Both the position numbers and the translations under genes were made by a program. Below, in pieces: positions 23,511-36,415 of a stretch of 64,000 bases of DNA (within the stretch, counting starts at the first letter, position 1; each line of letters begins with the position of its first letter). The stretch spans positions 62,001 to 126,000 of the forward strand of contig JBHGNT010000068.1 in assembly GCA_043228905.1 (NCBI GenBank), written 5' to 3'. The DNA comes from Azolla caroliniana (lineage: Eukaryota > Plantae > Polypodiophyta). The notes beneath the pieces were generated by a model, which made no database searches, had not been told where the DNA came from, and saw only the letters and a program-made list of their open reading frames with translations.

Positions 23511-26500
23511 CAAGAAGAGGATAGAGAGATTGTTTTTTGTGGTCCACAAACAGGGAGCCATGCTGGGTTAAGTTCAACAGCTTTTTACAAGTCTAAGCAG
23601 AAAAGAAAGAAGGTCATCCTTTCTTAGTTCAATTGTAGCACAAAATGCCCATTTGACCCAACCCGAGTTCCAACACATACATGTCCATTTGCCCCATTCT
23701 ATTCCAAAGTGATGGCCAGCAACATGGCCATTGAGCAATCATCATTTCTTCTGACCAAATCTGGGCAGTAATTTCTTCTTCTTCTTATCTTTGTGTGTGT
23801 CTGTGTGGGGCTCTTTGCTTTTCTGTGGGCACCTTTTGTATTATTTTTGGTGGACACTCCCCTCCCTATCTTCTACTAGGCCTCAGGATAAATATCTTAT
23901 TTGTTATTTTTTGACTTTAAACCTAGGGGTCATGGAAAGTGAGTTTGTAGTTTTTGGTAGCAACTTGGGCCTCGGAAAGCGGATCCGTAAAGCAATTATC
24001 TTTTAGGAGTTGTCATACTTGGAGGCTCGCGAAAGTAGTTGTTGTAAGGATGCTTTCCCTATGTGTTTACATGGGATGGGGTTGGGGAAAGTGGAATTGT
24101 GAAGGTAATGAATCCGAGTTTTTTATTACTCGAGGTCGTGGTAAGTTAAGACACGAGTAAGGTAGGCTTTTTGGTCTTTTTTTTTCCGCGATGAATGAAT
24201 ATAAGATTAGAGCCCCTTTAGGATTTGGGTTTTGTAATGACTCACTGACTACTCTTTTGGGTGGACCCAAGTTCGATCCTTTCGTCTCATAGATCGCAAA
24301 GCGGTTCTCCTCTCGACAGTAAAAAGATATGTATGTATCTTCATGAATGAATGAAAGGAATGAAAGTTATTTAGCTTATGACAGCATATTAGTTAGTTTG
24401 TCATTAGTGGGGCAAGACCCCTTCCCTTTCTAGATTTGAACCCACGACATGTTTGTTGAGCCTTCACACCAATTACAATGAATGTATGAATTGAACGCTC
24501 CAGAGAAGGAAGGAAGGTCTTCTGCGCTTTCTGATGCATACATATCCTCAAGCTTTCCATCATTCTTCTTTGTCTACTAATTCATGGTGCATGCACACTG
24601 ATTCTATAAAGCCCTGCTTTCGGCTGGCTGCGTGAGCCTTCATTCAGCCTCTAATGAATAAATGTTAAGTGCATGAAAAAACTGGTGTTTCTACATTTGT
24701 TTTTAATCTGTGTTCTGCTGCTTTTGTCCATGCATTTGTTTCACAGTCTTTCACACAGCAACAAACTGTTCCTGGACTCCATCGCCTGTATGTTAGGATT
24801 TGCCATGATTTAAGAGTTGTTTTTAACCAGAGATTCTTGCTTTTGACCTACGTCAGTAATACATACACGTTCCTGAATCACAGGTGCCTACAATTGCGTT
24901 GGCTATGGGTGAATATGGTCTGATAAGCCGACTTCTGGCCCCCAAATTTGGTGGATTCCTCACATTTGGCTCGCTTGAAACTGGTAAAGAATCTGCCCCC
25001 GGGCAGCTGACGGTATCAGAGCTTCAGAACATATATGGGCTGAGAAGAGCTGGCAGAGACACGGAGATTTTCGGCATCATTGGACGATTTGTTGGCTATA
25101 GCAAATCACCCATCATACATAACAAGTTTTTCCAGAAAATTGGCTATGACGGCATCTATGTTCCATTCCTCGCAGATGACATAGTCGATTTTTTCAATGT
25201 CTATCACGTGTCAATGTTTTCAGGATTCAGGTTATACAACTTATCATATCACATAAAGACGACAAGCATCTGTGTGAAATCAATGCATGTAAATACAATT
25301 TATCATATATAATTTAAAGCATATACAATTTATCATATCACATAAAGCCGACAAACATCTGTGTAAAATCGAAGCATGTAAATACGAAAAATTGCACACT
25401 ACCTTTTGTGCATCATCAAGCCACTAATATCATCCTCTAATTATGTGTGAATTATGCACTATTTTAATGTCCCACAGTACCGAAAATTTTAGCTCTATGG
25501 TGATTATGAGTGTGCAGAACCATCATGCTTGAGGAGTGTTGGAAACTAAACATTCATTTGGTTTTGCTTCTAGTATCTCAATTCCATACAAGGAGGCTGC
25601 TTTGGCTTATTGTGATGAAGTTGAACCTCTTGCCAAGGTAAGCCCTGCAACCCAAAGATGAGTTTCATGAATTGCAGCGTGTCTTAAACTACTTAAAATT
25701 TATGTTATTTGCTGTGCTCTCGGTATCTGCTTTTACAGGCTATAGGTGCTGTGAATACAATAGCAAGAAGAAAAAGTGATGGAAAGTTGGTGGGGTATAA
25801 TACTGACTGTGACGCTGCCATCACAGCTATTGAGGAAGGTTTAAATGGTATATCGTTTGACATCAATAGTCCCACATTATTAACTTACAGATTTATTTCA
25901 GAACTTCTAGGCAAAGCCTCCTGCATGAGACATCATTTGGCATTGATGGTCCCATATTATTGATCAATTGATGTAGAAAACTCCTAATTGATGTGTTGGC
26001 TATGAATAGGAGTGTCATTGGATGGGTACAGTTCATCTCCTCTCCCTATGTTTGATTCAGACCAAAATATCATATATGACTTGTGCTTTGTAAAACTGTT
26101 TTAGTGTTTTTTGTGAATGAATGAATGATGAGAATTGATGGGACAGGGCAGCAAAGCAACGGAAACAAGTCTCCACTGTTTGACAAATACTTCGTATTGA
26201 TTGGAGCTGGAGGAGCAGCCAAAGCCCTTGCATATGGAGCAAAGCAAAGGGGAGCCAGAGTTTTCATTGCGAATAGAAATCTTGGTATAGTCAAGGATAT
26301 ATAAATGTGTGCATTCATACACATATATGTAGTGGTAGGATGCCAAGTTTGTGTTGCACTCCTTTTTTCACTCTGCTTAGAATTGTGATTCTTTAACTTT
26401 AGAGAGAGCTCGTATACTTGCGGCAGCTGTGGATGGAGAGGTGATGTCAATGGAGGAATTGAATGCATTCCAGCCTGCCACGGGAATGGTGTTAGCAAAT

Positions 26501-27066
26501 ACTACCCCCATTGGCATGCATCCAAATGCTGCAGATACACCCATTTTGAAGGTCACTTCTCTAAATTAACGTTTCAGTAAACACCTTTATCAAACTTCTT
26601 TCTGTGCGAAATGAATCTTGGGGGGTTGAGGGCCTCATACAACGCGTCATTGAGATACAATGACATGCGTTACGCTTTTTCTCAGCATATTAGATCTCAG
26701 AAATAAATGGGTGCATTTCATTATACATATTCATTCTGATACTCAACAAGGTATGCCACTTGCAGGAGGCATTGAAGGCGTATAGCTTAGTGTTTGATGC
26801 TGTATACACACCTAAAATTACGAGACTGTTAAGGGAAGCTCATGAGGCTGGGATTACCGTTGTGAGTGGCGTGGAGATGTTCATCAGACAAGCTATTGAA
26901 CAATTCTCGCATTTCGTGGGGCAACCTGGTAAAGTTATACATAAAACATACTAGTGTGTACTCACTTCAAGCATTACATGTAGACTGATGAATTTGTGCT
27001 AACTAATTCTTGCTTCTTGCAGTTCCTAAGCAAACATTAAGAGAAGTTATGATTAATGCCATGTGA
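22543..27066 (+). CDS. Bifunctional DHQ-SDH (possibly quinate dehydrogenase-like), copy 2; exons 22543-22757, 22879-22984, 23169-23384, 24884-25230, 25574-25637, 25739-25847, 26147-26284, 26403-26551, 26766-26928, 27023-27066
   Basis: Splicing gives a continuous frame: GADMVEFRLD, TYRPQWGGGQY, GADFIDVEL, SDHNF, DIVKVVTTA, SRLLAPKFGG, SAPGQ, SKSPIIHN, GFSISIPYKE, IGAVNT, GYNTD, GAGGAAKA, ANRN, FDAVYTP, SGVEMFIRQA. All introns are GT-AG. Confidence 0.93.
23462..23509. repeat. (AAT)n microsatellite in intron 3 of DHQ-SDH copy 2
   Basis: About 16 perfect AAT units. Confidence 0.9.
25235..25385. repeat. Imperfect direct duplication (~60-bp unit, ~90-bp period) in intron 4
   Basis: tacaa.ttatcatatcacataaag.cgacaa.catctgtgt.aaatc...gcatgtaaatac occurs twice. 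Confidence 0.7.
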
Positions 27067-27240
27067 CCATGCGGAGGATGATTCCTTTGTAATTTAATGG
27101 CCTCAACATTAGAGGTTGTTTATCTGCTTTGTACAGAAGCTAAAAGCATCACCTTGTTCCAGCTGAAATTAAGCGTGAATAGCATTTCAAACAGTGGTTA
27201 TCTATGCAAAGATACGATATGTGGTTGCTGAAACTCTAGC

Positions 27241-27282
<42 letters not shown>

Positions 27283-28838
27283 AACATCGAATCACTGCAC
27301 TACTAAATAACCTGTGGTTTCAGCCACCATTATAAATGACTGGGAAAGCTGATTCTGCCTCAAATCTCCATTTTCCTGATCTCTCATGACATAGTTTGCA
27401 AAATAAGTTGAACAGAGTATCAAAGATTCTCGTGACAATTGGCATTTGCAATTTCCTTAATGTGAAGAACCATTGAAGATCAATAAACAGAAATGGAACT
27501 CTTTAATTTGGTCCAGGCACATTTACTTCATTCTTAACAAATTAATTAACACAGTAGGTAGGAAAGTCAACTTTGCTAGTAGCGAATCAAACGAAAAGCT
27601 CACAAAGTTCACAATTTAATGTGGGTATAAAGGTTATACAAGCATGGCCAAAGTTCAATTCAATCAAAATCTTTTCAAAGTTTGTGAACATATTTGTCAG
27701 ATGAGCTTCTTGTTGGGTGTGCATATTGTGGCTTTTTATGGCTGTGTATGTCATGGAGAAATCATAGCTTGAAATTCTGTGACATACAACAATTCGTGCA
27801 TTTTGAAACACTTTGTTATGAGGGGATCATTATGTTACTTGTATGCAGCACAACAAATGATTCTCCAGATTGTGTGGTGGGTTGGCTTCTTCCAACCTGG
27901 ATAATTCAGAACGCAAGCTTCATGCTCCAATATTTGAAGTTCACATTGTAATGGTTGTTGAGTTCAGTGTTAGTATAGTATTTTTCCTCTTTCCTATTGA
28001 TTATTATGCTTAAGCAATAATCAAGTTCCAGATTTACCCCTTTATCTCCCGATAAAATATGAAAACTAATAAGTGCACTTACTAATCAACCATGTCCCAT
28101 CTTTTAATGAGAACATACTCATCCTTTCCACATGAACACTAGTTAGTACCACTACTAGAATGAGGTATTTTCGCAAGGAATGCAGATTGGACAACTGGTT
28201 GAGCTCATGGAAATTGAAGTCTCTTTGTTAATGTGGACAAATTCAATGTAATCATAGTAACAATGAACTAATCTCTTGAATTTGAAATTGTAATATTCCC
28301 ATATGATCTTGTGTTCTTTCCTATTGTAATCTAACAAGTTGCTCCGAAACACCCAAAATCATATACAATTATCCACTTATAAAATAAGATTTGTTTATAT
28401 GATTTGGTGGCAATTTAATCATTAGTTGTGCATCCACAACTATGACTGTGGACAGTCAAGGCACCTATGAATCATTGCCTAGTATTTACTAAGCATGCTG
28501 ATAAGAGAGTTCTCAATTATCTGCATTTCGAAAGAGTTCCACAGAGCTATTGCCCTCACTGACTAATACATCTGATTGTTACCCTATACACATTACCAAG
28601 AGGTTGGATTCTATGACGATGACAATGATGGAGAAGCGAAATACTTCCAAGTAGCTTCGCATTATAACCACACATTCTCTAATCCTTCTCATGATCACCA
28701 TCTTGAACAGCCCCCAAATACACAAGTTCTTTTGATCTTTAAATAAGCTATACATGGGAATAGCTCTCACCAGCCATAACTCTGGCTTATTCCATTCTCA
28801 CTGCTATCGATATTCCATTCCCTATATTTCACTCTCAC

Positions 28839-31397
28839 TTACTCCATTCTGTTTGTTTTTAAATCCATGGCAGCTGCAGTGTATATATTTTGCATACCAA
28901 CATATGCAGCAGTACACCTGTCATCCAATTGTATTATTTTCTCAAACGCGAACCTCCCAAGTTCAACCTTCATCCATTTTTGACAAGCCCCCAAAAAAGC
29001 CAAACACATTGACACATCGTCCAGCAAAAAACGTTTAGCCATGCCAAAATCTCCTGCTCGCCCAAACAGATCCACCATGCAGGTATAATGCTCTACTGTT
29101 GGGGTGAGACCATACAACACAATCATGTCATGAAATAACTCTTTTCCTATCTCTACTAGAGCTGCATGGCTGCATGCATTCATGACAACGAGGAAGGTAA
29201 TTGAATTCGGCTGAATACCTACTAGTCTCATTCTTTTGAATGAATCCAAAACCATATTCATTTCACCTAGCTGTGCATATCCAGCAATAAGGGCACTCCA
29301 TGAAACAACATCCTGGTCTGGAAGCTCAGAAAATACTGTAAGTGCACTTTCAAGTGCTCCACATTTTGTATACATATCAAGTAATGCAGTGCCAAGCACA
29401 ACATCCTTAAGCAATCCCTCTTCTTTCACCTCAGAATGTATTCCTTCTCCAATCTTCAAAGATCCTATGGTAGCACAAGCTTTTAAAATGTAAACATACG
29501 TCACTGCATCTGGTGAGACTCCCTCATCCTCCATATGTATAAAACATTCAATAGCTTGATGATTACACCCATTTTCCATGTATCCAGCTACAAGGGCATT
29601 CCATAACATAATATCATGTATAGGAAACTCATCAAATACATTATGTGCCGCTTTAAGGGCCCCACATTTTGCATACATATCAATTAATGCTTTCCTGATT
29701 ACAGTATTCTTTTTGAATAATTCTTGCTTCTTCATCTTCAAATGTATTTCTTCTCCAGTCTGTAGAGACCCTGCAATCGTACAAGCTTTGAAAATGCAAA
29801 CATATGTCGATTCATCTGGTGAGATTCCTTGATCTTCCATCTCTCTAAAGCATTCAACAGCTTGCTCACCAAGTCTGTAATTGACATACCCAGCTATAAG
29901 TACATTCCATGACACGACATCCTGCAGAGGAAGCTCATCCAATACATCCCGCGCTCTTTGTAGCAAGCCACATTTAGCATACATATCAATTAATGCATTG
30001 CCAACTGCAACATTCTTCTTCACTAATCCTTGCTCTCTCATCTTGACATGTATTCTTTCTCCAATCTCTAGACATCCCACACTGACACAAGCTTTTAAAA
30101 TGCTGAGATAGGAAACTATATCAGGGGAAATTCCAACACTCTCCATCTTCCTCAAGCATTTCATCGCTTGATCACCATGTCCATTCCTGGAATATCCAGC
30201 TATAAGTGCAGTCCATGACACAACATCACGCACAGGAAGTTCATCAAATACTTCATGTGCTCTTTGAAGCTCGCCACACTTGGCATACATATCAATTAGC
30301 GTGTTTCCAAGCACAATGTTCTTTCCTAATCCCCTTTGTCTCACCTTAGCATGTGTTTCTTCTCCAATCTCAAGAGATCCTATCACTGCACACGCTTTTA
30401 AAATGCAAACATAAGTCACATTATCAGGCAACACTCTTGCATTCTCCATTTGTTTGAAGCATTTAATTGCTTGATCTCCGAGACCATGTTCGACATATCC
30501 AGCTATAAGTGCATTCCATGATACAACATCCTGTAGAGGAAGTTCGTCGAACACCTCACGTGCCCTTTTAAGGGCACCACACTTCGCATACATATCGATT
30601 AAAGTATTCCCAAGCACAATGTTCTTCTTCAATAATACTCTCTCTCTCACCTTTGCATGCAATTCTTTTCCAATCTCAAGGGACCCTATAGTAGCGCAAG
30701 CTTTTAAAACACTAACATATGTCACTTCATCAGGAGAGACTCCCTTATTTTCCATCTGTCTTAAGCATTTAATGGCTTGATCACCAAGTCCACTTTTGGC
30801 GTATCCAGCAATAAGTGCACTCCATGACACGACATCTTGTTGTGAAAGGTCATTAAATATTTCCTCTGCTCTCACAAGGATGCCACATTTGGCATACATG
30901 TCAATTAACGTATTGCCAAGCTCAACATTGTCCTTCAATAAACCTCGCTCTCTCACCTTGGCATGTAATTCTTCCCCAATCTCAAGAGATCCAGTGTTAG
31001 CACAAGCTTTTAAGATACAGATAAATGTTACCGGAGTAGGGATGATCTCCTCATCCACCATACGTCTGTAACATTCTACAGCTTGGTCAAACGCCTTATT
31101 CTCAACATATCCAGATATAAGTGCATTCCATGATACAACATCCCGATGAGGAAGATGATCGAAAATTTCTTGTGCCTCTGCTACCGCTCCACAATTGCCA
31201 TATGTCCGAATGAGAGCAGTAGAAACATAGATGTCCTTCAAGATCCAATGCTTCATATCAGAATGTAATTGCCTTGCTTTGAGGAGGTCTTTCTCTTTTC
31301 CACAGGACTTCACCATTTCTAAAATACCATGATTCCTCTGTTTTCCATAAGAACCAGAAGAATAGGCAACATATGTGTGACATGGTGATGACATCAT
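28839..31397 (-). CDS. PLS-class pentatricopeptide repeat protein, E subclass (no DYW domain), 852 aa; likely organellar RNA-editing specificity factor
   Basis: Repeated P-L-S triplets (DVVSWNALIAGY / PDxVTYxxILKAC / LGNTLIDMYAKCG), then ACSHAALV..G, HYTCMVDLFGRAG and an E-like region. Intronless. Confidence 0.95.
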   Translation of the reverse strand: MMSSPCHTYVAYSSGSYGKQRNHGILEMVKSCGKEKDLLKARQLHSDMKHWILKDIYVSTALIRTYGNCGAVAEAQEIFDHLPHRDVVSWNALISGYVENKAFDQAVECYRRMVDEEIIPTPVTFICILKACANTGSLEIGEELHAKVRERGLLKDNVELGNTLIDMYAKCGILVRAEEIFNDLSQQDVVSWSALIAGYAKSGLGDQAIKCLRQMENKGVSPDEVTYVSVLKACATIGSLEIGKELHAKVRERVLLKKNIVLGNTLIDMYAKCGALKRAREVFDELPLQDVVSWNALIAGYVEHGLGDQAIKCFKQMENARVLPDNVTYVCILKACAVIGSLEIGEETHAKVRQRGLGKNIVLGNTLIDMYAKCGELQRAHEVFDELPVRDVVSWTALIAGYSRNGHGDQAMKCLRKMESVGISPDIVSYLSILKACVSVGCLEIGERIHVKMREQGLVKKNVAVGNALIDMYAKCGLLQRARDVLDELPLQDVVSWNVLIAGYVNYRLGEQAVECFREMEDQGISPDESTYVCIFKACTIAGSLQTGEEIHLKMKKQELFKKNTVIRKALIDMYAKCGALKAAHNVFDEFPIHDIMLWNALVAGYMENGCNHQAIECFIHMEDEGVSPDAVTYVYILKACATIGSLKIGEGIHSEVKEEGLLKDVVLGTALLDMYTKCGALESALTVFSELPDQDVVSWSALIAGYAQLGEMNMVLDSFKRMRLVGIQPNSITFLVVMNACSHAALVEIGKELFHDMIVLYGLTPTVEHYTCMVDLFGRAGDFGMAKRFLLDDVSMCLAFLGACQKWMKVELGRFAFEKIIQLDDRCTAAYVGMQNIYTAAAMDLKTNRME

Positions 31398-32302
31398 CCC
31401 TGGTAAAGTTCAGTTTTAGAGCGGGGCGGAAATGCAACCATATCAATAATAGTTTCCGTTGTGGTTTTGTGTCTAGAATATGGGTCAAAAACCATATCCA
31501 ACTGATCAAAATAACCGTGAAACTGGTTTTTGTAAACATAAGATAAACCGTGTCTCTGTGAGCGAGATCAGAAATGAGATGAGGTACCTTTGCATCACGC
31601 TGATCCCAGAATCGGCGTCGTTATGTGAAGGAGAGCGTCCCCCGTGGCTGTTTACTCGGCCTTAGCCACATTACATGCCTGCATGCTCTGTTCCTTCCAC
31701 CTACATATACATTATATATCTGTATCATGTATGTATGTATGTATAGCCATAGCATATATATGTTTATGCTCATACATATCACATCATATTTGTATCCTGT
31801 GTGCGCTTAACTAACTCTTCTACTAAATTTTTAGGAAAAAATTTTACATTTTGGCCTCCTCTCCAAATTAAGACTACCCCTCGTAAAGCTACACATATCA
31901 AGAAGAGTCGAGGCATCTCCTAATCACGTGAAAATTAAGAGTTGCAAAACCCGGAAGTAATGCACATGTGTTCATTTTGGTGCGTAACAACTCCCTGCCT
32001 TTTTGTCTCAGCAGTTGGATCTGCGAAATCATCTTGAAGGAATTTTACTCCTAATTGCAACCACACATTAACGAAGCGTTTATAGCCATTTCGGAAAATA
32101 ACTACACATACTCTAGTGCTTTTTAAATACATATAAGCATATTGTGGCATGTCTCTCATGATTGATAAACTAAGCTTGTGTATTAGAAATTGAAAAAACA
32201 TCTTAGTGTGTCGTCAAAGTGACCTAAATTGGTTTGTTCATAGATGAGGGTGTGAATAAGATGAAACTCCAAGTTAAGCACAATGACATAGGCATAACCT
32301 AG

Positions 32303-32590
32303 TAGTTTCCCTCATAGTATGAACCATACGTACCATACACGAATGGTTCAATCATTCGCGAAAGAAAAACACCCTCAAAGAATGATAAATACCATACTTT
32401 TGGATTAACTATTTATTATGAGGTAGATAAGCCTAAAAATGAAAAAAAAACAAAAAAAAAACATTAAAAAAATGGGAAAAAAACAAAAAAAAAACACAAG
32501 AATGTTCGAATAACATTCGCATTCGTTTTCCAATGTAGGAAAACGAATGTTATACTAGACGAACACGAATTTCACGTACTATGGAACTTT
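32303..32590. repeat. Dispersed repeat (MITE-like), related to 21606-21895
   Basis: Same conserved blocks as 21606-21895, with an A-rich centre. Confidence 0.55.
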
Positions 32591-33219
32591 CCCTAACTAA
32601 GCATGACAACAAAGCAATCTTGTACATCACCTTTTTTTGGGTTTTTACCATATACGAGGAGGCCAAATATGATATATGGCAACAAAATAAATATCTACAT
32701 ATTGCATATGTCGCCTTCCTAACAAGGGGATTGCTACTTCCTTGTAAAAATTCTCTATGAGAAAGTATATATGCATACACATTATGTGCTCAAACTTCTC
32801 GACAATGCTTTGAGTAAGAAACCTAAGTTCCTACCCCATTCACAAGTGGTCATAAGCACCTAGGTAATGCTTTGAATGTTGTTTGCTTCGAAAGCATTGG
32901 GATTTTGGGCACATAAATATTCGATAATTATTGATAATTACAAATGTTTGATTGATGATGAGGTGAGACAAAACGGTCAATACTGTTTACAAAGTGAGTT
33001 GTATACCCATATTTTTCAGGTCTATTTTTTTCCTTGATAAATCACAAATTAAAACGTAAATATTTATCATTGGAGAGGATGATAGTAGTAAATTCATTGG
33101 CTCTTCAAAATCCAAATAGGAGACATGAAGAGATCAATATTCTCAAGGTCGATTACTAATGGAAAAACTAAAAATGAAGCAATTGAGGCATATATTGTTC
33201 AATTCTATGTAAGCTAGTA

Positions 33220-35616
33220 GTTTTACAATCTAGGCCAATTGCTGATTTGCATTGGGATCCGTCTAATTATGGTTGGAAGCTGTCCAGATCAGACACTTTG
33301 CAAACGAAGGTCCTCCCATTCTTCACATATTATGTGGCGTTTGGAAGGAATTTTCTTTTGAATCGGTACCTGTGGGGAAAAAATATTGGGAGGAAGGTAA
33401 TGTGTCATCCTCGCATATGTTGAAGTTTTGGAAACAATTTTGGTCACTTAAGTGTATGAATAAGGTATTACAGTTTTGATGGTTCATGATTCATTATGCC
33501 TTGCTAGTAGAAGGTTTATTGAGGAGAACAATGCCTGATAGATCATGTGTTATGTGCGGGTTTGCAGTTGAGACATTGCATCATGTTTTTTGGGAATGTG
33601 TTGCGGCCAAAAGTTTTTGGTTTCGAATTCTTAGGTTATTAGGTCATAAGTATAGGTCAACCATTTTCACGTGGGGTGCAGTATTTTGGGGAACGTTGGA
33701 TCAACAAAAGGCTTTTTATCAATATCATAATTCTTCATTGACTTTACAGGTAAAAAGTTTTCAGGTGTACTCTATTTCAACCTCCGTACCAGGAATCAAG
33801 TTCTTCTCACGGTGTTATGTTTGGCAGATTGTTTCCTCTTTGGCTCGATGGGTTTTGTGGAAAGCGAGATGTTCCAAACTATACAACGATGAACAAATTC
33901 ATGTTGTGGATCAGGTTAAGACCTTTTGGGAATTAGTGATACATACAGTAAAAGGTGAGTATGATAGTTATAAGGGTTATGTAAATAAAGCTAACCGGAA
34001 AAGAAGAAGAATTCATAGAGTTTGGGCAGCTATTCCTATTTTGTTGGATGCAGGTGATAATGTTAAGTGGAATTACGTTCCACCTCGTTGGTTGTTTCCG
34101 CCACCAACACCGTTCTTAGTGTAGACAACATGGAATTTGGTGAAAATGGCGATAGGGTTGCTATGGAATTATTTTGAAGCAGATTTAGTTATTGTAACTT
34201 TTAGAACGATGAATGAAGACGGGGACAGAGGCAAATACAAATTTTCATGATGGTTTGAGGAGTGTGTATATACAGGAAAGTAGTGAAAATGGAGAGGACT
34301 TTGATGGAAAATGGCGAGATGCTTTGATGTGGAAGTTTTTTTGAAGTAGACTTATTTATTTTCAGTTTTTAGAATGATGAGTGAAGATGGTGGCGGAGGC
34401 AGAAGCAAGGTTTCATGAGGGTTTGAGGAGAGTGGATTCATTCTGGTTTTCTTTTTGTAGGTACAGAACTCGAGCGATGAATTGCAAGATGGTTGTAGTG
34501 GAAAATGAAGTTGATTTATTTTGAAAGGATGAGTGAAGATGGTGACGGAGGCGGAAGCAAGGTTTCATGAGGGTTTGAGGAGAGTGGATTCATTCTGGTT
34601 TTTGTAGGTACAGGACTCGGGCGATGAATGGCAAGATGGTTGTAGTGGAAAATGAAGCTGATTTAATTTTGGAAGGATGAGTAAAGATGGTGGTGGAGAT
34701 AGAAGCAAGGTTTCATGAAGGTTTTAGGAGAGTGGATTCATTTTGGTTTTTGTAGGTATGGGACTCGAGTGATGAATGGTAAGAGGATCTTGATGCAAAA
34801 TGGAGAGATAGTTGATGTGGAAGTTTTTGAAGCAGTCTTATTTACTTTCAGTTTTCAGAATGATGAGTGAAGATGGTGGCGGAGGTAGAAGCAAGGTTTT
34901 ATGAGGGTGAGGAGAGTGGATTAATTATGTTTTCTGTATGTACAGGAAATTGTTGAAAATAGAGAGATACAAGACTCGGGCAATGACTGGCAAGATGGAT
35001 GTTGTGGAAAAGGAAGCTGATTTATTTTTGAAAGGATGAGTGAGGATGTTGTCGAGGGTTGAAGCAAATGTCATGAGTGGATGAGGACAACTAATTTTTT
35101 CTTTGTTGTCTATAAAGGAATTCCATGGAAAATGAAGAGATGGCTAATGTGGAAATATTTTGAAGCACATTTATTTGTTTTTAGTTTGTACAACGATGAG
35201 CGAAGATGGTGGCGGAGGCAGAAGCAAATTTGCATGAGGGTCTGAGGAGATTGGATTGAGTAGAGAACCAATATTTTCATATGGTAGGTTCATCTGGATC
35301 ATTTGGATATGATGAACTCTTACATGTAGTAGCGATCAAGGAACCATTGTGAAAGAAGATATATCACTACATGTTGAATACGATGGAATTGATGTTAGGG
35401 GCTTTGGCATGGCATCAACATTACTTGGTGATATGGACGCTGGTAGGGCAACAATATTACTTAGGGAGAAGTTCACCGATATTATCTTGTATCTTGCCTT
35501 TATCTTTATCTAGAAAGATTGGCTGCACAATATTCATTGTAATGTTGGATTATCTTGTATCTTGCCTTTGGCTACTTTAATCTTAATACGAATGGAGGAT
35601 AATTTTTATGGAAAAA
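33220..35616 (+). mobile_element. 5'-truncated L1-type LINE insertion with a long repeat-containing 3'UTR
   Basis: 19-bp TSD aattctatgtaagctagta at 33201-33219 and 35617-35635; A-run at 35612-35618; ORF2 remnant with the zf-RVT motif CVMC..ETLHHVFWEC and W..WKARC, ending at 34124. Confidence 0.88.
34200..35260 (+). repeat. Degenerate tandem array (about 7 units of 150-185 bp) in the L1 3'UTR
   Basis: The core gatgagtgaagatggtggcggaggcagaagcaaggtttcatgagggtttgaggagagtggatt recurs near 34208, 34376, 34528, 34676, 34862, 35035 and 35195. Confidence 0.85.
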
Positions 35617-36415
35617 AATTCTATGTAAGCTAGTATCCTAATATGGGAATCTGTTTGAAAATCAAAAGAATAGTCTTTGGAGAAGATAGGCAAAGATAAT
35701 TTAGAGAGCGATGAAAAACAACACAAAATTAATTGATTGGATATAAATTTGAAGTCAAGAGTTTTTTGCAACTTGGGAAGTAGTGAGAAAAGGCAAGTCT
35801 TCTGAACATAATACACTTGCCATAAAGTGGTCTAAGTGGGCTTAGTCGATTATCAAGTATGATTAGATTGTTATGATACAAGACGTGCAATATAGATACA
35901 TGGTATGCATTAATAGACATATTCTCAATACAAGGTTTCTCATGTACTACAACACCTTCATTCAATAGTGCATTTTCAAATTGAATTCTTTTGGTTGATA
36001 TTTTGGGAATTTTAAAGTATAGTTGACTATAATGCTTGGGTTTCACATTAGCAAGAAACGTTTAGTTCTAGCAACAAAACACCTTTGTATGATGGGTAAT
36101 TTTATTAAATAATTGAGAGTAAATTGCAATATTTAGGTTATGTTGGATGCAATTAGTATAATGGTTCCATCTACAAACACGTGATTCAAGCATCGACACT
36201 AATTTATTTTGCTAATTGTTTCACTATCTAATCGGTTAGGATACATGACTCTCTCTTTTTGTAAATGTATGTTTGTCATTAAAACAATATGATAATACAA
36301 CCCTCGTTATCACCATTACTTAATTAGTAGCGATATGGCAAGGTAAACCGTCTCAAGTGTTGTAATACTAGATGACATAACTCTACCTCATATGGGGCAA
36401 TTAGGTTAGTATGCC

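Noticed and set aside
34200-35260. Repeat array resembling CRISPR
   Set aside because: Long degenerate units without unique spacers, eukaryotic context and no cas genes; it lies within an L1 insertion.
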